From an uncultured Bacteroidota bacterium (GTDB lineage: Bacteria > Bacteroidota > Bacteroidia > Chitinophagales > Chitinophagaceae): DNA of 64,000 nucleotides. Location of the stretch: positions 5,430 through 69,429 of the forward strand of contig CAIVKC010000059.1 of assembly GCA_903906365.1 (NCBI GenBank), in the 5' to 3' direction. The position numbers and the translations under genes were made by a program. Below the pieces are notes generated by a model that saw only the letters and a list, made by a program, of their open reading frames with translations, was not told the DNA's origin and did not search any database. Below, in pieces: positions 28,205-38,370 of this stretch (positions are counted from its first letter, which is position 1; each line of letters begins with the position of its first letter).

Positions 28205-29278
28205 ATGGCCCGGTTTCAGCCTCTTATAGTCAAAAATATCATTCAGGAAACAGCGGATTGTATATCGGTGGGTTTTGATATTCCCCAAGATCAGTCGGCG
28301 CACTTTCAATATACCCAGGGTCAGTTCCTGACCTTCAGCAAGGAGATCGATGGAGAGGAAGTCCGAAGGTCTTATTCCATTTGCTCCAGCCCGCTGGAAG
28401 CCGGTATCCGAATTGCCATTAAAATCATTCCGGGGGGAAAATTTTCCACGTATGCGGCCAGCCGACTTCAGGTGGGCGAATCAATTGGTGCAATGGCCCC
28501 GGCCGGACGCTTCCATACCCCCCTGGATTCCAAAAACCAAAAAATGTACCTGGCCATTGCGGCTGGCAGCGGTATAACCCCCGTGATATCACTGGTCAAG
28601 ACCATTCTGGCAACCGAACCCATGAGCCGTGTCTGTCTTCTGTATGGAAACAAGACCAGATCTTCCATCATCTTCAGGTCTTCACTGGAGGATTTGAAAA
28701 ACAGGTACATGAAACGGTTCAGCCTCTATCATATTCTGAGCCGTGAGCACTCCGAAGTAGATTTTCTCCATGGCAGGGTTGACAGGCCCCGCCTGCGTTT
28801 TTTTCTGGATCATTTCCTGAGCCCTTCCGGTATCGATGAAGTATTTATCTGCGGACCGGAGGCCATGATGAAGGAAGCTGCATCCGAATTAACACTCGCG
28901 GGAGTGGAAGGCAACCATATCCATTTTGAATTGTTTTCCACAGCAGGGCCCGGTACCCGGTTGGTTCAACCGGAGGTTCCCGGCGAAACGGATTCCGAAA
29001 GCAGGGTAAAAATCCAAATTGATGGCAAACAGCTGGAAGTGGACATGCTTTACCACGGGGAATCGATCCTGGAAGCGGCTTTGCGCAGCGGGGCGGATGT
29101 GCCATATGCCTGCAAGGGGGGTGTTTGCACCACCTGTCGCGCGCTACTGGAAAAAGGGGAGGCCGTTATGGATGTAAATTATGGTCTGGAGCCAGATGAG
29201 ATAAAGGCCGGTTTCATTCTTACCTGTCAGGCTCATCCGCGCAGTAAGGAAATTGCCGTAAATTTTGATGTCAAATAA
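28205..29278 (+). CDS. paaE: 1,2-phenylacetyl-CoA epoxidase reductase subunit PaaE (FNR-like FAD/NAD domains plus plant-type 2Fe-2S ferredoxin)
   Basis: RSYSICS (RxYS FAD motif), AAGSGITP (NAD motif), and the C-terminal Cys cluster CKGGVCTTCRA...C. Adjacent to paaABCD. Confidence 0.92.
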   Translation: MARFQPLIVKNIIQETADCISVGFDIPQDQSAHFQYTQGQFLTFSKEIDGEEVRRSYSICSSPLEAGIRIAIKIIPGGKFSTYAASRLQVGESIGAMAPAGRFHTPLDSKNQKMYLAIAAGSGITPVISLVKTILATEPMSRVCLLYGNKTRSSIIFRSSLEDLKNRYMKRFSLYHILSREHSEVDFLHGRVDRPRLRFFLDHFLSPSGIDEVFICGPEAMMKEAASELTLAGVEGNHIHFELFSTAGPGTRLVQPEVPGETDSESRVKIQIDGKQLEVDMLYHGESILEAALRSGADVPYACKGGVCTTCRALLEKGEAVMDVNYGLEPDEIKAGFILTCQAHPRSKEIAVNFDVK

Positions 29279-29317
29279 TGAAATGTCATCACCCCGTTCT
29301 GATAAAAAGAAAAGCTT

Positions 29318-30319
29318 ATGCCAACAGCCACAAACCCCAATAAGCAGCCTGTAATCCAGGATCCTGCCTGCCAGGCTGGATCGGATGCAGAACTCCGCTT
29401 TCAGCAAAAGGTGGATAATGACCTTAAAATAGAACCCAGGGACTGGATGCCGGAAAAGTACAGGCAAACCCTGATCCGTCAGATCAGCCAGCATGCCCAC
29501 AGCGAAATTGTTGGCATGCTCCCGGAAGGGAACTGGATCACCCGGGCCCCTTCCCTGCGTCGCAAGGCTACCCTCATCGCCAAAGTGCAGGACGAGGCCG
29601 GCCACGGTCTTTACCTGTACAGCGCAGCCGAAACACTGGGGATCAGCCGGGATGAAATGATCGACCAGCTCCACAGCGGTCGGGCAAAATATTCTTCCAT
29701 TTTCAATTATCCCACACTTACCTGGGCCGATATCGGTGCCATCGGCTGGCTGGTGGATGGGGCTGCCATCATGAACCAGGTCCCCATCTGCCGGTGCTCC
29801 TACGGACCTTATGCCAGGGCGATGGTGAGGATATGCAAGGAGGAGAGTTTTCACCAGCGGCAGGGCTTTGAAATACTGCTTACACTCAGTAAAGGGACCG
29901 AGGCCCAGAAAAGGATGTGTCAGGACGCCATTAACCGATGGTGGTGGCCTTCGGTCATGATGTTCGGCCCCCATGACGAGGCTTCTCCCCACACCGCGCA
30001 GAGCATGAAATGGAAAATCAAGCGCTTTTCCAATGATGAGCTCCGTCAGCGTTTTGTGGATATGTGTGCCCAGCAGGTTAAGGTACTGTGCATGGAACTG
30101 CCGGACCCTGAACTCAGGTACAATCCATCCAGGGGGCACTACGATTTTGGGCCCATAGACTGGCAGGAATTCCACCAGGTCATAAATGGCAACGGTCCCT
30201 GTAACAGGGAACGCCTGTCTGCCAGAATCAGGGCCCACCAGGAGGGGCAGTGGGTAAGAGAGGCGGCTACAGCCCATGCTGCCAAGCAGGCAGCGAAATT
30301 GGAAAAACAAGTCGCCTAA
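29318..30319 (+). CDS. paaA: 1,2-phenylacetyl-CoA epoxidase catalytic subunit PaaA
   Basis: Di-iron ferritin-like oxygenase blocks ([28 protein letters not shown]). Operon context supports the call. Confidence 0.95.
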   Translation: MPTATNPNKQPVIQDPACQAGSDAELRFQQKVDNDLKIEPRDWMPEKYRQTLIRQISQHAHSEIVGMLPEGNWITRAPSLRRKATLIAKVQDEAGHGLYLYSAAETLGISRDEMIDQLHSGRAKYSSIFNYPTLTWADIGAIGWLVDGAAIMNQVPICRCSYGPYARAMVRICKEESFHQRQGFEILLTLSKGTEAQKRMCQDAINRWWWPSVMMFGPHDEASPHTAQSMKWKIKRFSNDELRQRFVDMCAQQVKVLCMELPDPELRYNPSRGHYDFGPIDWQEFHQVINGNGPCNRERLSARIRAHQEGQWVREAATAHAAKQAAKLEKQVA

Positions 30320-30331
30320 AATCATTTTAAA

Positions 30332-30622
30332 ATGACGAACCAACAAAACTGGCCTCTCTGGGAGGTCTTCATACGAAGCAAACAGGGGCTTGACCATAAA
30401 CATGTGGGAAGTCTCCATGCTGCCGATGCCGGGATGGCCATGGAAAATGCCCGGGATGTATATACCCGCCGACAGGAAGGGGTGAGTATTTGGGTGGTGG
30501 AATCAGCCCATATCCACGCTTCTAATCCGGAGGAGGCAGAGAGTTTTTTTGACCCGGCCAATGACAAAGTGTACCGGCATCCCACTTTTTATAATTTACC
30601 GGATTCCCTGAAAAATATGTAA
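30332..30622 (+). CDS. paaB: 1,2-phenylacetyl-CoA epoxidase subunit PaaB
   Basis: 96 aa. WPLWEVFIRSK...HVGSLHAAD is typical of PaaB. Confidence 0.93.
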   Translation: MTNQQNWPLWEVFIRSKQGLDHKHVGSLHAADAGMAMENARDVYTRRQEGVSIWVVESAHIHASNPEEAESFFDPANDKVYRHPTFYNLPDSLKNM

Positions 30623-30685
30623 AATCCGGGTTATAGCAACAGCGGCGATATTTCAGTATCTGCCTTTCAATATGATTTGACATTC

Positions 30686-31480
30686 ATGGAAACTCTTCAA
30701 ACCCCCGGCCGGGAAATGACCGATTTAACGGACTATGTCCTGCACCTGGCGGACAACGCACTGATTCTTGGGCATCGTAACAGTGAGTGGACCGGCCATG
30801 GGCCGGTGCTGGAGCAGGACATTGCCATCAGCAATATAGCCCTGGACCTGATTGGTCAGGCAAGAATGCTTTACCAGTACGCAGCCCGGCTGTGCGGAGG
30901 CACGCAGACCGAAGACAGCCTGGCTTACCTGCGGGATGCCTGGGATTTCAAGAACTGCCTGCTGGTCGAACTGGGCCGCGGGGACTGGGCTTTTACGGTG
31001 CTTAGGCAGTTTTTTTTCAGCACCTACCAGTATTTGCTCTACCAGAAGCTGACAGGCAGCCGGGATGCGACCCTGGCCGCCATTGCCGAAAAGGCGGTGA
31101 AGGAAGTCAGCTATCATCTCCGCTGGAGCGGGGAATGGGTGGTCCGTCTGGGTGATGGAACGCAGGAAAGCCACCGCCGCATGGAAGCAGCCCTGCTGGA
31201 ACTATGGGCCTACACCGGTGAGCTGACCACGGATGCGCCCTATGAGTCCAGGCTGTCCCGGTCCGGGGTTGCCGTAGCGGTGCCATCCCTGCAAGTACCC
31301 TGGACCCAAAAGGTGACCGAAGTGCTCCGTGAAGCGGATCTCAGGTTAAGCCTGGAAGCTCTTTTGGGAAATACCTGGATGCAGCAGGGGGGAAAGCTGG
31401 GAACCCATACCGAGCATCTTGGCTTTATACTGGCCGAGATGCAATATATGCAGCGGACCTATCCGGGAAGTAATTGGTAA
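30686..31480 (+). CDS. paaC: 1,2-phenylacetyl-CoA epoxidase subunit PaaC
   Basis: LADNALILGHRNSEWTGHGPVLEQDIAISNIALDLIGQAR and the C-terminal HTEHLGFILAEMQYMQRTYPG match PaaC. ATG 30686 is chosen; an in-frame TTG at 30677 is also possible. Confidence 0.9.
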   Translation: METLQTPGREMTDLTDYVLHLADNALILGHRNSEWTGHGPVLEQDIAISNIALDLIGQARMLYQYAARLCGGTQTEDSLAYLRDAWDFKNCLLVELGRGDWAFTVLRQFFFSTYQYLLYQKLTGSRDATLAAIAEKAVKEVSYHLRWSGEWVVRLGDGTQESHRRMEAALLELWAYTGELTTDAPYESRLSRSGVAVAVPSLQVPWTQKVTEVLREADLRLSLEALLGNTWMQQGGKLGTHTEHLGFILAEMQYMQRTYPGSNW

Positions 31481-31546
31481 ATTTGAACAGGACCCCCGGA
31501 AGGCCTGAGGCGATCCGGCATTTTTCAACTATTTAAATCCTGATCA

Positions 31547-32038
31547 TTGGATACATCAGCCAGGGACATATGGGAGGTATTGCAAATGGTCCATGACCCG
31601 GAAATTCCAGTGCTCTCGGTCATAGACCTGGGCATCATCAGGGATATCCAAATGATTGGGGAAGCGGTACAAATTACCATTACCCCTACCTATTCGGGTT
31701 GCCCTGCCATGAACCGGATTGAATGGGACATACGGGAAATACTCCTACAAAAGGGATATGGTTCTGTGCGGATAAACACGGTATTGAGTCCCGCCTGGAC
31801 AACCGAATGGATGAGCCAGGAGGGCAGGCAGAAATTAAAGGACTATGGCATTGCCCCGCCCAATCCCGGTCACAGTGTATGCCATATGGAACTGTTTGCG
31901 GCCGAACAGGCTGTACAGTGCCCGCGCTGCGGTTCCTTTCAGACCAGACTGGTCAGCCAGTTCGGGTCGACCGCCTGCAAGGCGCTTTACCAGTGCAGCC
32001 AGTGTTTGGAGCCCTTTGATTATTTCAAATGCCATTAG
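31547..32038 (+). CDS. paaD: Phenylacetate-CoA oxygenase subunit PaaD (PaaJ in some nomenclatures)
   Basis: VHDPEIPVLSVIDLGI plus C-terminal zinc-ribbon cysteines (CPRCGS...CSQC). Apparent TTG start. Confidence 0.85.
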   Translation: MDTSARDIWEVLQMVHDPEIPVLSVIDLGIIRDIQMIGEAVQITITPTYSGCPAMNRIEWDIREILLQKGYGSVRINTVLSPAWTTEWMSQEGRQKLKDYGIAPPNPGHSVCHMELFAAEQAVQCPRCGSFQTRLVSQFGSTACKALYQCSQCLEPFDYFKCH

Positions 32039-32050
32039 AAAAAAACGGTT

Positions 32051-34096
32051 ATGAAACTGAAAAGTTTTCTCTCGGGACAATGGGTGGAAGGAGAGGGTGA
32101 ACAGGAACTGCTCTTCGACTCGGTTACCGGGGATCTGGTCGCCGTTGCCTCCACCAAAGGACTTGATTTTGAGCACATGCTCCGCTATGGACGCTCGGTG
32201 GGTGGCCCTGCCTTGCGCAAACTGACCTTCCATGAGCGCGGCCGCATGCTCAAAGCACTTGCCTTATACCTGGGTGAAAGAAAGCAGTCGTATTATAATC
32301 TCAGCTACCGCACCGGGGCCACCAGGGCGGACTCGTGGATCGATATCGAAGGGGGGATCGGTAACCTGTTTTCCTATGCGAGCCTCCGTCGTCAATTCCC
32401 TGATGAGCCGTTTTATGTGGATGGGCAGGCCGCGAAGCTGTCGAGAACCGGTAGTTTTATCGGGCAGCATATCATGGTACCCAGGCAGGGGGTGGCCATT
32501 CACATCAATGCCTATAATTTTCCGGTATGGGGCATGCTGGAAAAAATTGCCGTTAATTTATTGGCCGGGGTACCTGCCGTTGTTAAACCGGCTTCGCCGG
32601 GCTCTTTTCTCACGGAAGCTGTTTTCAGGGATATTATAGAATCGGGGATTTTCCCGCCAGGGTCCCTTCAGCTGGTCTGCGGCCAGCCCGGCAACTTGCT
32701 GGATTTTGTCCAGTCTCAGGACCTGGTAACCTTTACCGGCTCCGCAAAAACCGGGCACCTGCTTAAAGTTCATCCCAGCATTATCCGTGAAACCGTTCCT
32801 TTTACCATGGAAGCCGATTCCCTGAATTGCTGCATCCTGGCCCTGGACGCCGCCCCCGGCAGCGCAGACTTCGATGTTTTCATCAGGGAAGTTCACCGGG
32901 AAATGACGGTGAAATGCGGTCAGAAATGTACAGCCATCCGGCGGATCCTCGTTCCGGAAAAATACCTGGAAGACGTACAAATCGCCCTGGGTAAGCGGCT
33001 GTCAAAGACCGTGATCGGCGATCCGCGCCTGGAAGAGGTCCGCATGGGCGCCCTGGTGGGAAGGGCGCAGTTGCAGCAGCTCCAGGAGCGCATCATGTTA
33101 TTGGCTGCCCAGTCAGCCATTGTTTACGGTTCTGCCGATACCCCAGAGGTCCGCGGGGCCGATCCGCTCAAAGGGGCATTCATTGCTCCTGTCCTGCTGG
33201 TCAATGAGGATCCCCTGCACCAGAGGCTGACCCATGAACTGGAGGCATTTGGCCCGGTGGCCACCCTGATGCCCTACCGTTCCCCGGAAGAGGCCATTGT
33301 CATCGCCAATATGGGGCGGGGATCGCTGGTCTCCACCATTGTCACTTCGGACAAACAGACCGCCATCGACTATGTCATGGGTACTTCGAGTTTCCATGGA
33401 AGGATCCTCCTGTTAAACCATGCATGTGCCCAGGAGAGCACGGGGCATGGTTCCCCGCTGCCCATGCTTATTCATGGCGGACCCGGGCATGCCGGCGGGG
33501 GAGAGGAGATGGGAGGTAAACGAGGGGTGCTTCATTACCTGCAGCGTACGGCCGTTCAGGGATCGGCGACCATGCTTACAGCCCTTACCAGGGTCTACCA
33601 GCCAGGAGGGCAGCAACAGGAAAAGGAAACCCATCCCTTCCGCAGGCATTTTGAGGAACTGGAAATAGGGGAGACCCTCCTAACGGCCAGGCATACCGTT
33701 ACGGAGGCCGATATTACGAATTTTGCCAACGTAAGCGGCGACCATTTCTACGCGCATATGGATGCCACTTCCCTGGAAGGTACCATTTTTGAAGGCCGGG
33801 TTGCCCATGGGTACTATATTCTTTCCAAAGCAGCCGGCCTGTTTGTTGATGCGAAGAAGGGCCCCGTGTTGCTTAATTACGGAATTGACGAAGCCCGGTT
33901 TACCAAACCGGTTTATCCGGGAACCACCATCGGTGTCAGACTGACGGTCAAAGAAAAGACCAACCAGGAAAAAAGGGAACCGGGTGAGGTGGCCAAGGGG
34001 ATTGTAAAATGGCTGGTGGATGTTTATGACCAGACCGGAGAAACAGTGGCCATTGCCACCATCCTGACCATGGTAAAAAAACTGGATCAGTCCTGA
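32051..34096 (+). CDS. paaZ: Bifunctional PaaZ (oxepin-CoA hydrolase / 3-oxo-5,6-dehydrosuberyl-CoA semialdehyde dehydrogenase)
   Basis: 681 aa. N-terminal ALDH domain (FTGSAKTG, GQKCTAIRR catalytic Cys) plus a C-terminal MaoC-like hot-dog domain. Confidence 0.93.
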   Translation: MKLKSFLSGQWVEGEGEQELLFDSVTGDLVAVASTKGLDFEHMLRYGRSVGGPALRKLTFHERGRMLKALALYLGERKQSYYNLSYRTGATRADSWIDIEGGIGNLFSYASLRRQFPDEPFYVDGQAAKLSRTGSFIGQHIMVPRQGVAIHINAYNFPVWGMLEKIAVNLLAGVPAVVKPASPGSFLTEAVFRDIIESGIFPPGSLQLVCGQPGNLLDFVQSQDLVTFTGSAKTGHLLKVHPSIIRETVPFTMEADSLNCCILALDAAPGSADFDVFIREVHREMTVKCGQKCTAIRRILVPEKYLEDVQIALGKRLSKTVIGDPRLEEVRMGALVGRAQLQQLQERIMLLAAQSAIVYGSADTPEVRGADPLKGAFIAPVLLVNEDPLHQRLTHELEAFGPVATLMPYRSPEEAIVIANMGRGSLVSTIVTSDKQTAIDYVMGTSSFHGRILLLNHACAQESTGHGSPLPMLIHGGPGHAGGGEEMGGKRGVLHYLQRTAVQGSATMLTALTRVYQPGGQQQEKETHPFRRHFEELEIGETLLTARHTVTEADITNFANVSGDHFYAHMDATSLEGTIFEGRVAHGYYILSKAAGLFVDAKKGPVLLNYGIDEARFTKPVYPGTTIGVRLTVKEKTNQEKREPGEVAKGIVKWLVDVYDQTGETVAIATILTMVKKLDQS

Positions 34097-34392
34097 AGGC
34101 GCCGGCATGGGGTAACCATGCAATGTGTATATAATACTCTATCTGCACCTGAGGGAACAACCCACACAATACAGACTGACCGAAGATCTCACTAATTTGG
34201 ACAGAGGCAATAATATATGTCAGCCAAACATTTTAACGAATCCCGCTGATAATAGCCGGGTAAATAAATCTTTTTAATAACTTACGCACCATTCAGCCCG
34301 GGTTAGTTAACCTGTTGAAAGCATGCTGCAATCATCCGGGTATCTGTCTTTATCTCCTGCAAACAGGGCGGGCCTGCTAAAATTGGAAATAT

Positions 34393-35895
34393 ATGAACCT
34401 GTCAATAGCGTCATTAACCGGCATCAAAGGCATGGACCTGCCGGAAAAAGCATATTTTGATCTTCCGGAAAAAGTAATTCAGTTTGGCACGGGCGTCCTT
34501 CTCAGGGGACTGCCCGATTATTTTATTGACAAAGCAAATAAGAGGGGGATTTTCAATGGAAGGATTGTGGTTGTAAAGTCCACCGGGCATAACACAGCCA
34601 GCGCCTTTGATGAGCAGCAGGGGCTTTTTACCCATTGTATCAGGGGTATCCAGGGCGGCCTGAAAGTGGAAGAAGATCTCATCAATGCCTCCATCAGCCG
34701 GGTGTTATCTGCCAGGACCCAATGGAGGGAAATCCTGAACTGTGCAGCCAGTCCATCCATACAAGTGATCATTTCCAATACCACCGAAGTGGGCATTACA
34801 CTCACACCAGATGACCTGCAGGCCGACCCGCCGGTCAGTTTTCCCGGGAAGCTGCTCGCCTTCCTGGTGGAGCGCTACCGGATATTTGGCCAGGTTCCCG
34901 GTAAAGGGCTGGTGATTGTGCCTACAGAATTGATTCCCGACAATGCCGACAGGCTTAAAAGCATCCTGCTGGAACTTTGCCGCCTTCATGGACTCGCCGA
35001 TGGTTTCATGGACTGGCTGGAGCGGGAAAATTATTTTTGCAATTCCCTGGTGGACCGTATCGTTCCAGGCAAGCTGCCGGCCAAAGACCAGCAGGACATG
35101 GAAATAAAATATGACTACAGCGACGAACTGATGATCATGTCAGAGCCCTATGCCCTGTGGGCCATTGAATCCGGCCAGCAACAGGTAAAGGAGGTTCTCT
35201 GTTTTTGGCAGGCAGATCCCGGTGTCATCATTGCCCCGGATATTTACCGCTACAGGCAGCTTAAGCTGAGGCTTCTCAACGGGTCGCATACCTTCAGCTG
35301 CGGACTGGCTGTACTCTGCGGATTTTCCACCGTAAAACAGGCCATGGAGGATCCCAGGTTCCGGGGCTATATCAGCGCCCTGCTGCTGCAGGAAATTGTG
35401 CCTTCCATCACAGGAGACATGGTGAGCAGCCAGGAAGCGGAGGCATTTGCCCTGCAGGTCATAGACCGTTTTTCCAATCCTTTCATAGAACATCAGTGGC
35501 TGAGCATCACCATGCAGTATTCATCCAAGATGGCTACCCGCAATGTGCCCGTGTTATTAGCCCATATGGAACGGTATGGAAGGACGCCCGCCTTTATGAC
35601 AATGGGTTTTGCGGCCCACCTGCTTTTTATGCGGGGTGAAAAGGCCCCCGACAACTCCTACCATGGGGTAATTGCCGGGAAAAAATACCTGATTAACGAT
35701 GATAACGCCGCTTATTACAGCGATTGCTGGCAAAACAAAGATCTCCCGGGAATGGTCCGGGAAATCTGTGGCAATGAGGCGCTCTGGAAGACCAATCTGG
35801 CCAGCCTGCCGGAATTTGCCGAGGAGGTTACCCGTTACCTGCAAATCATCCTGGAACAGGGCGCCTATGCCGCCATACTCCATATATTAAATTAA
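34393..35895 (+). CDS. uxaB: Mannitol-dehydrogenase-family hexuronate reductase, UxaB-like (tagaturonate reductase / altronate oxidoreductase type)
   Basis: Collinear with E. coli UxaB as I recall it: VIQFGTGVLLRG, ISNTTEVGI, CNSLVDRIVPG, LLNGSHT, RFSNPFIEHQWLSI. Substrate specificity is not certain. Confidence 0.8.
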   Translation: MNLSIASLTGIKGMDLPEKAYFDLPEKVIQFGTGVLLRGLPDYFIDKANKRGIFNGRIVVVKSTGHNTASAFDEQQGLFTHCIRGIQGGLKVEEDLINASISRVLSARTQWREILNCAASPSIQVIISNTTEVGITLTPDDLQADPPVSFPGKLLAFLVERYRIFGQVPGKGLVIVPTELIPDNADRLKSILLELCRLHGLADGFMDWLERENYFCNSLVDRIVPGKLPAKDQQDMEIKYDYSDELMIMSEPYALWAIESGQQQVKEVLCFWQADPGVIIAPDIYRYRQLKLRLLNGSHTFSCGLAVLCGFSTVKQAMEDPRFRGYISALLLQEIVPSITGDMVSSQEAEAFALQVIDRFSNPFIEHQWLSITMQYSSKMATRNVPVLLAHMERYGRTPAFMTMGFAAHLLFMRGEKAPDNSYHGVIAGKKYLINDDNAAYYSDCWQNKDLPGMVREICGNEALWKTNLASLPEFAEEVTRYLQIILEQGAYAAILHILN

Positions 35896-35915
35896 TGGCT
35901 TGAAATTAGTTTCCC

Positions 35916-37334
35916 ATGAAGGCTTTTTTAAACGAGCATTTTTTACTGCAGGGTCCCACTGCCAGCAGGCTATATCACGATTATGCGGCGTCCATGCCCA
36001 TTATTGATTACCACTGTCACCTCTCTCCCCAGCTGATCAGCGAAGATGTCCGGTTCGAAAACCTGACGCAGGCCTGGTTACAGGGAGATCATTATAAGTG
36101 GCGCGCCATGCGTGCCCAAGGGGTACCGGAGCGTTTTATCACCGGCCAGGGAAGTGATGAGGAGAAATTTTTCCATTGGGCCGCTACTGTACCCTATACC
36201 GTGCGCAATCCGCTGTTTCACTGGACACACCTGGAACTGCAGCGTTATTTTGGTATCGACAGGCTGCTTAACCCTCAATCGGCCCGCGAAATCTATGCCG
36301 CCTGCAATGAGCAACTCAGCACGCCTGCCTTTTCGGTACGTAACCTCCTTCGGTCGGTGAAAGTGAAGCTGGTATGCACCACCGATGATCCGGTAGATTC
36401 CCTGGAGCATCACCGCAGGCTACGCGAAGATGGATTTGAAATACCCGTGCTGCCTGCTTTTCGGCCCGACAGGGCCATGCAGGTAGAAGACCCGCTTGTA
36501 TTCAACGGGTATCTTTCCCAGCTGGAGGCCGCCTCCGGCTGTTCGGTGAGCAGCTACCAGGATTTCCTGACAGCCCTTAAACAACGCCATGATTATTTTC
36601 ACCAGAACGGTTGCACCGTATCAGACCACGGGCTGGAACAGATCTATGCCGAAGAATACAGCGCCGCTGAAATAAAGCTTTTTTTTGACAGGCTCAGGCA
36701 GGGAATTCCCCTGGATGAATCCCAGCAAAGACAGTTCAAATCGGCCCTGCTGGTGGAATTCGCCGGCTGGGACTGGGAGAAAGGATGGGTGCAGCAGTTT
36801 CATCTCGGGGCCCTTCGTAATAACAACAGCCGCATGCTGGCTACACTTGGCCCGGATACGGGATGGGATTCCATCGGTGATTTTGCGCAGGGCAGGTCCC
36901 TGTCCCGTTTCCTCAACCGCCTGGACAAAAACAACCAGCTGGCCCGGACCATCCTGTACAACCTGAACCCGGCAGACAATGCACTGATGGCCACCATGAC
37001 CGGTAATTTTAATGACGGATCGGTACCCGGAAAAATCCAGTGGGGATCTGCCTGGTGGTTCCTGGACCAGAAGGACGGCATGATCAAACAGCTCAACGCC
37101 CTTTCCAATATGGGACTGTTGAGCCGGTTTGTGGGAATGCTGACCGATTCCAGGAGCTTCCTGTCCTTTCCGAGGCATGAATATTTTCGCCGGGTGCTCT
37201 GTAATTTATTCGGCCAGGAGATGGAAAATGGGGAGCTGCCCATGGACCTGGACTGGATGGGGGGAATCATACAGGATATATGTTTCCGCAATGCGCGGGA
37301 ATATTTCGGATGGAATCAATTGAGTGAATCTTAA
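35916..37334 (+). CDS. uxaC: Glucuronate isomerase
   Basis: LPIIDYHCHL, GDHYKWRAMR, WHWTHLELQRYFG-type blocks and the typical ~470-aa length. Confidence 0.95.
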   Translation: MKAFLNEHFLLQGPTASRLYHDYAASMPIIDYHCHLSPQLISEDVRFENLTQAWLQGDHYKWRAMRAQGVPERFITGQGSDEEKFFHWAATVPYTVRNPLFHWTHLELQRYFGIDRLLNPQSAREIYAACNEQLSTPAFSVRNLLRSVKVKLVCTTDDPVDSLEHHRRLREDGFEIPVLPAFRPDRAMQVEDPLVFNGYLSQLEAASGCSVSSYQDFLTALKQRHDYFHQNGCTVSDHGLEQIYAEEYSAAEIKLFFDRLRQGIPLDESQQRQFKSALLVEFAGWDWEKGWVQQFHLGALRNNNSRMLATLGPDTGWDSIGDFAQGRSLSRFLNRLDKNNQLARTILYNLNPADNALMATMTGNFNDGSVPGKIQWGSAWWFLDQKDGMIKQLNALSNMGLLSRFVGMLTDSRSFLSFPRHEYFRRVLCNLFGQEMENGELPMDLDWMGGIIQDICFRNAREYFGWNQLSES

Positions 37335-37353
37335 TGGATAAACAGGTAAGGAG

Positions 37354-38370
37354 ATGAATAAAATTCTTTGTTATGGGGAACTGCTGATGCGGATGTCACC
37401 TGCATTACAGGGAAAGTGGATTGCACGGGAGAGCATGGCTGTTTATATAGGCGGGGCAGAGCTCAACGTGGCTTCCGCCCTGGCCAGGTGGGGACTGCCT
37501 GTGTCCTATTTTACCTGCCTGCCTGAAAATTATTTATCCCGGGAAATCTGCCTGGAGCTGCAGGGAAAAAACATAGATACCGGTCCGATCCATTTTTGCG
37601 GGGACCGGATTGGTATTTATTTCCTGCCACAGGGTGCCGATCTCAAGCATGCCGGTGTCATATACGACCGGTCGCATTCCTCCTTTTCGGAACTGGGTCC
37701 CGGGGAAATCGACTGGGAGAAGGTGTTAAAGGATATTTCCTGGTTTCATTTCAGTGCCATCAGTCCCGCCCTTGGATCACGGGCGGCGGCCGTATGCCTG
37801 GAAGCAGTGGAAGCTGCCTCACGGTTAAACATCAAAATATCCCTGGACCTGAATTACCGGGCCAAACTCTGGAACTATGGCATCCAACCGCCTGCCGTCA
37901 TGCGCAAGCTGGCCGGTTACTGCGATGTGATCATGGGCAATATATGGTCGGCAGCCAGCCTGCTGGGTATGGAGGTGGATCCGCATATCCATGAGCGTGG
38001 CAACCGGAATGATTTTCTGGAGCATGCCCGGCTGACCTCCCTTTCCCTGCGGGAATCCTTCCCCCGTTGCCGCGCTGTGGCCAATACCTTTCGATTTGAT
38101 CACCCCAGAAATGGCGTGTTGTATTATACAGCCCTCCACCTAAGCGGGACCGATTATCACTCGCCTGAGTATATAGTGGAGAAAATAACCGATAGGGTGG
38201 GAACCGGGGATTGTTTTATGGCCGGCCTCATTTACGGATTTTCCCAGGCCCATCCTCCCCAGCAGATACTGGATTTTGCCACAGCGGCCGCTGTCGGTAA
38301 ATTTTCCGAAACCGGGGACGCCACCAGACAGGACGTCATCAGCATTCAACAAAGCATTCAACATGGATAA
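37354..38370 (+). CDS. kdgK: 2-dehydro-3-deoxygluconokinase (PfkB family)
   Basis: GGAELNVASALARWG and DRVGTGDCFMAGLIYG are the PfkB signatures. Uronate-cluster context supports the call. Confidence 0.85.
   Translation: MNKILCYGELLMRMSPALQGKWIARESMAVYIGGAELNVASALARWGLPVSYFTCLPENYLSREICLELQGKNIDTGPIHFCGDRIGIYFLPQGADLKHAGVIYDRSHSSFSELGPGEIDWEKVLKDISWFHFSAISPALGSRAAAVCLEAVEAASRLNIKISLDLNYRAKLWNYGIQPPAVMRKLAGYCDVIMGNIWSAASLLGMEVDPHIHERGNRNDFLEHARLTSLSLRESFPRCRAVANTFRFDHPRNGVLYYTALHLSGTDYHSPEYIVEKITDRVGTGDCFMAGLIYGFSQAHPPQQILDFATAAAVGKFSETGDATRQDVISIQQSIQHG

Noticed and set aside
29144-30418. 424-aa ORF on the minus strand spanning the end of paaE, all of paaA and the start of paaB
   Set aside because: It is exactly antisense to strongly recognisable paa genes and crosses two intergenic spacers. 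Its translation is low-complexity (G/P/L/R-rich) with no motif. Long antisense ORFs are expected in G+C-rich coding sequence.
34097-34392. 296-bp spacer between paaZ and the uxaB-like gene, examined for an ncRNA, riboswitch, MITE or LacI operator
   Set aside because: I found only short imperfect inverted repeats (5-6 bp arms) and an isolated GCAAAC half-site. There is no convincing structure or palindrome, so it is treated as an ordinary promoter spacer.
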